Shown: positions 59,050 to 64,000 of the stretch, piece after piece
How the letters are laid out: every line of letters starts with the position of its first letter
How positions within the stretch are numbered: position 1 is the stretch's first letter
NCBI GenBank assembly: GCA_038397965.1
Contig: JARGFA010000017.1
Span: forward strand, 50,959 to 114,958
Source: Treponema sp.
GTDB lineage: Bacteria; Spirochaetota; Spirochaetia; Treponematales; Treponemataceae
Direction: 5' to 3'
DNA: 64,000 nucleotides
Translations under genes and position numbers: made by a program
Notes under the pieces: generated by a model
Database searches by the model: none
Seen by the model: the letters and a program-made list of their open reading frames with translations, nothing else
What the model was told of the DNA's origin: nothing

Positions 59050-59946
59050 ATGAAAAACCTAATAATAAACATGAGGAAAATACAGATACAAAAGTTTTTT
59101 CCCCCATGGATACTGTTTGCTGGCCTTATCATCACGGCAGTATTCTATTCCGCCGGCTGTGCTTCCCGCCGGTCGGAGACTACTCCTGTGTCCTCATTTG
59201 CAGCGATCGGGAAGGATGCGGATGTATATGTTTTTTTACCGGTTAAAGGAAACGAACCGCTGCTGTCAGCCCTTTTTACCGCCTTTGTACCGGAAAAAAC
59301 GGCTGCGCAGTATATCAGCCGTACTTCGGTACTGTATGCCGGGTTCCGGTACGGAACCCATTCGTCGCTGTCTTTAATTTCAGACGGTTCCTATCCGGCC
59401 GGGCTTGCCGGTTTGGTATTTTCAAAAAAGAACGGCTGGAAAAAATACCGTTCTTCAGATGCCGGTAAAACCGTGTACTACCGCTCAGAATCGGCCGATG
59501 CGGCGCTGCTTTCAAACCGTACCGCAGCGGTACTTGCCGGTGCACATCCGCGCAATATCGAAGCCTTATTACAGCGGTTTAAAACACCGGAGCAGCCGGT
59601 GTTCTCCCCCCGCTTTACCTCTTTTATCGAAACCGGTGCGGATAAAATAGGGGTATATCTCCGGTCGGCAAAAGCGGTTGCCGCCGAACTTTTCGGTTTA
59701 AAAGATATTGAACTGCCGCTGACTTCGATAGAATTATATTTAGAAAAGCAGCAGGATTCTTACCGCTATTCTGCCGTTTTTGAAACACATAATGCCCGTA
59801 CTGCCCTTGTGCTCCGCCTATTGCTCGGTAATGTGCTGAAAGGCAGCATTTCCGTGGACGGCGCTGCGGTTTTTTTAGAAAATGCCGATATTACGGAAGA
59901 ACATCTTGCAGAATTACTAGCTGCTGCTATGGGGATACCTTCATAG
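59050..59946 (+). CDS. Hypothetical lipoprotein
   Basis: SAGC lipobox; alternative start ATG59071. Confidence 0.75.
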   Translation: MKNLIINMRKIQIQKFFPPWILFAGLIITAVFYSAGCASRRSETTPVSSFAAIGKDADVYVFLPVKGNEPLLSALFTAFVPEKTAAQYISRTSVLYAGFRYGTHSSLSLISDGSYPAGLAGLVFSKKNGWKKYRSSDAGKTVYYRSESADAALLSNRTAAVLAGAHPRNIEALLQRFKTPEQPVFSPRFTSFIETGADKIGVYLRSAKAVAAELFGLKDIELPLTSIELYLEKQQDSYRYSAVFETHNARTALVLRLLLGNVLKGSISVDGAAVFLENADITEEHLAELLAAAMGIPS

Positions 59947-59975
59947 CCCGTTTTTTATAACAAAAAGAGGTTGAT

Positions 59976-60245
59976 ATGCCGACGTATGAATATGTATGTG
60001 ACTCATGCGGTCATAATTTTGATGTATGCCGAAAAATGACGGATGCCCCTGTAAAAAGCTGTCCCGAATGCGGAAGCAGTGTCCGTCAAGTGTTTTCGGC
60101 CGGTTTCGGTTTAAATTTCAGCGGTAAAGGTTTTTACACCACAGATACCGCTAAAAACGCTCCAGCTGCTCCTCAAAAAGCCGGTCAGGAAGCAAAATCT
60201 CCTGCCTCCTGCGGCTGTTCGTGCGGATGCTCTTGTTCATCATAA
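59976..60245 (+). CDS. FmdB-family zinc-ribbon protein
   Basis: MPTYEYVCDSCG...CPECG...FSGKGFYTTD; Cys-rich tail. Confidence 0.88.
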   Translation: MPTYEYVCDSCGHNFDVCRKMTDAPVKSCPECGSSVRQVFSAGFGLNFSGKGFYTTDTAKNAPAAPQKAGQEAKSPASCGCSCGCSCSS

Positions 60246-60248
60246 GCT

Positions 60249-60590
60249 ATGACAAAGCACCCCAAGTTTTTTTGTGAAAACTGTAAAGCCGAGGTACGCC
60301 GCGATGCGATGATTTGTCCGCATTGCGGCCGGTTTTTTGCCTCCGTGCGCTGCCCTGCCTGCGAATTTACCGGTACGCATAAAGAATTTAAAGACGGCTG
60401 CCCTGCCTGCGGTTATGCGTTTAACTCGGACGGACAGCATTCGGGTGCGGGTACTCATAAAACGGCGCATACGGTTCAACAGGAGAGCGGAGGAAAACGG
60501 AATGATGAAGACCCCTTACCCTTATGGGTCTATGGTATTGTCCTCAGCTTAGCGGCAATCGTATTTGCAATCTTCTTTTTTAATTATTGA
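60249..60590 (+). CDS. Double zinc-ribbon protein with C-terminal TM helix
   Basis: Four CxxC pairs and a hydrophobic C-terminus. Confidence 0.75.
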   Translation: MTKHPKFFCENCKAEVRRDAMICPHCGRFFASVRCPACEFTGTHKEFKDGCPACGYAFNSDGQHSGAGTHKTAHTVQQESGGKRNDEDPLPLWVYGIVLSLAAIVFAIFFFNY

Positions 60591-60596
60591 TTCTCG

Positions 60597-61703
60597 ATGA
60601 TAACGCCGGCTCTTTATAGGTTTTCATTTCTGACTCCGCAGGGAAAAACGGAGGTATCTTGTTACGATACCGTCCGGCTGCCTGAACCGGGAAAAAACGG
60701 CAGCTTCAACACCCTGTATGTGTGTGATGAACATACGTTTCCGCTTTTACAGCAGGCTGTAAATTATGATCCGTCAGTTCCTTGTACGGTACTGCCGGCC
60801 GGCGATAGCGCAAAAACATTGGATGCGGTTGAAAAAATTGTAAAAACTGCCGCAGAACATGGACTTGACCGGCAAGCAGTATTTATCGGTTTCGGCGGCG
60901 GTACGGTCTGTGATATTACTGCGCTTGCAGCTTCGCTGTATATGAGAGGGGTATCCTGTATTTTGATACCCACAACTGTACTTGCAATGGCGGATGCGGC
61001 AATCGGCGGTAAAACGGCGGTTAATTTTGCCGGTTATAAAAATCTTATCGGCAGTTTTTACCTTGCCTCCTCCGTAATGCTTTGTTTTCCGGTACTGACC
61101 GGCCTGCCTGAGCGGGAGTACCGATCCGGTCTGGCAGAAATTGTAAAAACAGCCCTCTTATACGATCCTGAATTGTACCGTATGTTTTTCTCGTGTTATA
61201 ATGAAATTATCGGCCGGAAACTTTCCCGCATCTCCGTGATGATACAGCGTGCAGCGGAGGCAAAGGCGCGGGTTGCAGAGCGGGATTTTACCGAACAGGG
61301 AGAGCGTACTTTTTTAAACTTAGGTCATAGCTTTGCTCATGCGCTAGAAAGCCTCAGCGGATTTTCCGTTCCGCACGGCGATGCGGTTGCATGGGGAATG
61401 TCCCGCGCAGCCGCAACCGGTTTACGATTGGGTATCAGCCGGCAAAGCTACGCCGACAGGCTGATGTCCCTCCTCAGCCGTTACGGATGGTGTATTGATC
61501 CCGTATATTCATCCGCTTATTTTTCTCCCGGGGCACCGCATCGGCCGGTTGCGGAAGACTATTTTGCGGAGGCGATTATTGCAGTGATGAAAAAAGATAA
61601 AAAAAACCGCGGCGGTGCAATCCGGCTTGTTTTACAGGAAGATGTGCAGAAGACACAGGTCTGCGAAGTTACTATTTCAATATTACAGGAGGTTCTCCAA
61701 TGA
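60597..61703 (+). CDS. aroB: 3-dehydroquinate synthase
   Basis: FGGGTVCD, YMRG, PTTVLAMADAAIGGKTAVN, KNLIG and LNLGHSFAHALE. Confidence 0.93.
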   Translation: MITPALYRFSFLTPQGKTEVSCYDTVRLPEPGKNGSFNTLYVCDEHTFPLLQQAVNYDPSVPCTVLPAGDSAKTLDAVEKIVKTAAEHGLDRQAVFIGFGGGTVCDITALAASLYMRGVSCILIPTTVLAMADAAIGGKTAVNFAGYKNLIGSFYLASSVMLCFPVLTGLPEREYRSGLAEIVKTALLYDPELYRMFFSCYNEIIGRKLSRISVMIQRAAEAKARVAERDFTEQGERTFLNLGHSFAHALESLSGFSVPHGDAVAWGMSRAAATGLRLGISRQSYADRLMSLLSRYGWCIDPVYSSAYFSPGAPHRPVAEDYFAEAIIAVMKKDKKNRGGAIRLVLQEDVQKTQVCEVTISILQEVLQ

Positions 61704-62848
61704 TTTATTTAGACTGGGCTGCTTCGGCAATCCCTTATACTGCAGAAATTGAAGCTGCGTACCGTGAGGCAACTGCCGTTTTTGCTAATCCCTCGGCACA
61801 GCACTCCTTCGGTAAGCGGGCAAAAGAACTGTTGGAAGATGCCCGCAGCCGCTGTGCTGCCGTATTGGGTGTTCCTGCCGCAACGCTTTATTTTACCTCA
61901 GGTGCGTCAGAATCCAACAGTATTGTGCTGTTGTCGCTTCTTACACGGCCGAGTGCAGGGAGTGTGGTTATCGGTGGAATTGAACACCCCTCTGTGCGGG
62001 AACAGGCCGCGGTACTCCAGCATTGCGGCTGGACGGTTTTGACGGCACCTGCCGACAAAAACGGATATATCAGCCCTGAAGCAGTAGTTCAAGCCTGCCG
62101 TGAAGATACGGTGATGGCGGCAATTATGAGCGTAAATAACGAAATAGGTTCTATTCAGCCCATTCATGAAATTGCGGCAGCGCTGAGGGCGCACTGTGCA
62201 GGCAAGCGGCCTATTCATTTTCACACCGATGCCGTGCAGTCAATCGGAAAGCTGCCGGTTAACCGTCTTTTCTTGCATGAAGCGGATTCTGCATCAATGA
62301 GCGCTCACAAAATAGGAGGACCGCGGGGGATTGGACTTTTGTATTTAAAACAGCCGTTTGCATCGGGTATCCGCGGAGGTTCTCAGGAACAGAATATCCG
62401 GCCGGGAACTGAAAACTTGGTAGGCGCCTGTGCGCTTGCCCGCTGTCTTGAAAAAACCTATACGGATTTTGACCAAAAATATGCGCAGGCGGAAAAATTA
62501 TCCCGCTTTCTTATTGAAGAATTGGAAAAGACCGGTTCGTTTTCGCTAGTACCGGACGGACGCAGTACGGCAAAAGGCGATGCAGCGTTTTCTCCGTGGA
62601 TTATTCACGGCAGCTTTAAAAATCTTCCCGCCGAGGTGATGATGCGCTGCTTATCTGAACATGATATTTTTGTATCTGCCGGATCTGCTTGCTCGTCAAA
62701 GAAAAAAATACGGCCGGTTCTTGCTGCGCTTTCGGTTCCGCTTGAAATTGCACAAAATACATTAAGACTTTCCATCGGTCCCTCTACGGAACAAAAAGAC
62801 ATTGAGGCGTTTATCGCTGCCGTAAAACAGATCCTTGAAGAATTTTAA
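61700..62848 (+). CDS. Cysteine desulfurase (NifS/IscS family)
   Basis: IYLDWAAS, HTDAVQ, SAHKIGGPRG, RPGTEN and SAGSACSS. Confidence 0.92.
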   Translation: MIYLDWAASAIPYTAEIEAAYREATAVFANPSAQHSFGKRAKELLEDARSRCAAVLGVPAATLYFTSGASESNSIVLLSLLTRPSAGSVVIGGIEHPSVREQAAVLQHCGWTVLTAPADKNGYISPEAVVQACREDTVMAAIMSVNNEIGSIQPIHEIAAALRAHCAGKRPIHFHTDAVQSIGKLPVNRLFLHEADSASMSAHKIGGPRGIGLLYLKQPFASGIRGGSQEQNIRPGTENLVGACALARCLEKTYTDFDQKYAQAEKLSRFLIEELEKTGSFSLVPDGRSTAKGDAAFSPWIIHGSFKNLPAEVMMRCLSEHDIFVSAGSACSSKKKIRPVLAALSVPLEIAQNTLRLSIGPSTEQKDIEAFIAAVKQILEEF

Positions 62849-63779
62849 GTATTTTCCGAACGGTATTGTGTCTGAACCTTCAGACGGTGAAAGGCCTCAA
62901 ATAGAGGTACGGCGGGCGCGGGTGCTCGGTTACTGTATGGGTGTGCGGCGGGCGGTTGATGCAGTGTTCCGTGCATTGAAGGATTATCCCGATAAAACTG
63001 TCTATACCTACGGGCCGCTCATCCATAATCCTGTAGCGATGCAGGTTTTAGCAGCACATGGGGTACATATTTTAGATACTGACAAAGAGCTGAAGCCGCA
63101 GCTTATTCCGGGATCCCCCGTGATTATCCGTGCACACGGAATTTCCCCGCAAAAACGGAAGGAACTGCAAGCCTGCGGTGCAGTGATTATAGACGCAACC
63201 TGCCCGCGGGTTCTTCACAGCCAGCGTCGGGCTGCCGAGTATGCAGAGAAAGGGTGTACGGTTATTCTTGCCGGCGATAGGAATCATGGGGAATTAGTAG
63301 GAATTATGGGACACGTTCAGGCCGTGCAGGGCGGTACTTGTATAACCGTCCAGACCGCCCGGGAAGCGGAGAATATAGACTGCGGGGGTGCTCCTGCTGT
63401 ATTGCTTGCACAGACTACTATTAAACGGGATGAGTACTGCAGTATTGCCGATATTTTATTGAAAAAAAATCCGTCGCTGGCCGTGCTTGCAACCATCTGT
63501 TCTGCAACCGATGAACGGCAGGCAGCGCTGCTTGAGCTGATTGACGAAGTTGAAGCCGTGTTAATTATCGGCGGAAAAGAGTCTGCCAATACCCGCCGCC
63601 TCTTACAGACTGCACTTGAGGCCGGAAAACCTGCCTGGCTTGCAGAAACCGCTGCCGATATACCAAAAGAGCTGTACGGGTACCGGATAATCGGTTTGGC
63701 CGCGGGCGCATCAACTCCCGACAGCACCATCAACGAGATTGAAACTACCCTAACATCCTTCCGTACAGTTTCAAATTGA
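62835..63779 (+). CDS. ispH: 4-hydroxy-3-methylbut-2-enyl diphosphate reductase
   Basis: GYCMGVRRAV, LIHN, RAHG, DATCP, TICSAT..RQ and AGASTPD. Confidence 0.95.
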   Translation: MKNFKYFPNGIVSEPSDGERPQIEVRRARVLGYCMGVRRAVDAVFRALKDYPDKTVYTYGPLIHNPVAMQVLAAHGVHILDTDKELKPQLIPGSPVIIRAHGISPQKRKELQACGAVIIDATCPRVLHSQRRAAEYAEKGCTVILAGDRNHGELVGIMGHVQAVQGGTCITVQTAREAENIDCGGAPAVLLAQTTIKRDEYCSIADILLKKNPSLAVLATICSATDERQAALLELIDEVEAVLIIGGKESANTRRLLQTALEAGKPAWLAETAADIPKELYGYRIIGLAAGASTPDSTINEIETTLTSFRTVSN

Positions 63780-63863
63780 TGTGATATAAAAAAGCATACA
63801 TTTCTGTACATATTTATTAACATTGTGATATTGGTTGTGTTAGCTGAAATGAGGAGGCGGACG

Positions 63864-64000
63864 ATGGGAGCAGATGATACTTGCTTGCTTAAAGCGGTGG
63901 TGCTCATCGGTTTAAGCAGGTCGGGAAAAACCTCGGTTGGAGAAAGGCTGGCTGCAATACTTGGATGCGCCTTTTATGATACTGATGCACGTATTCACGT
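63864..64000 (+). CDS. aroK: Shikimate kinase, 3' end outside window
   Basis: GAGGAGG RBS; MGADD...LIGLSRSGKTSVGERLAAILGCAFYDTD (Walker A and D-x-D). Confidence 0.8.
   Translation, partial: MGADDTCLLKAVVLIGLSRSGKTSVGERLAAILGCAFYDTDARIH

Noticed and set aside
1445-63907. Numerous 60-200 aa antisense or alternate-frame ORFs in the supplied track (e.g. 1549-2112, 4343-4807, 31342-31755, 63317-63907)
   Set aside because: They lie inside well-supported genes and lack an RBS or motifs; they are shadow ORFs.

Overview
64 kb of a Treponema chromosome. The genus is inferred from treponeme-type gene order (rpsB-tsf-frr-uppS-cdsA-dxr-rseP; phoH-7TM/HD-ybeY-corC-TPR) and an oral T. medium/T. vincentii-like character. 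Most of the window is housekeeping genes plus two tRNAs (Asn, Gly), and no CRISPR array or prophage is visible. All homology calls are by recognition of motifs from memory, not database searches. Best leads: (1) a five-gene operon resembling Pseudomonas FpvK-FpvC-FpvD-FpvE-FpvF (iron release from pyoverdine) in the same gene order, with an FpvJ-like gene 11 kb away co-transcribed with a double-ZinT lipoprotein; (2) a glycosyltransferase whose frame depends on an (AATTCAGC)n octamer repeat, currently out of frame with 4 copies; (3) an AT-rich islet after ileS in which an otherwise intact Rpn/PD-(D/E)XK gene is cleanly interrupted by a 115-bp IS200/IS605-style palindromic mini-element, leaving a candidate internally initiated C-terminal antitoxin; (4) a dispersed REP-like hairpin family, a histidine-kinase gene scar, a double palindromic operator on an AAA/DUF4143 gene, and single-lesion pseudogenes (MCP, Maf) that could also be assembly errors.
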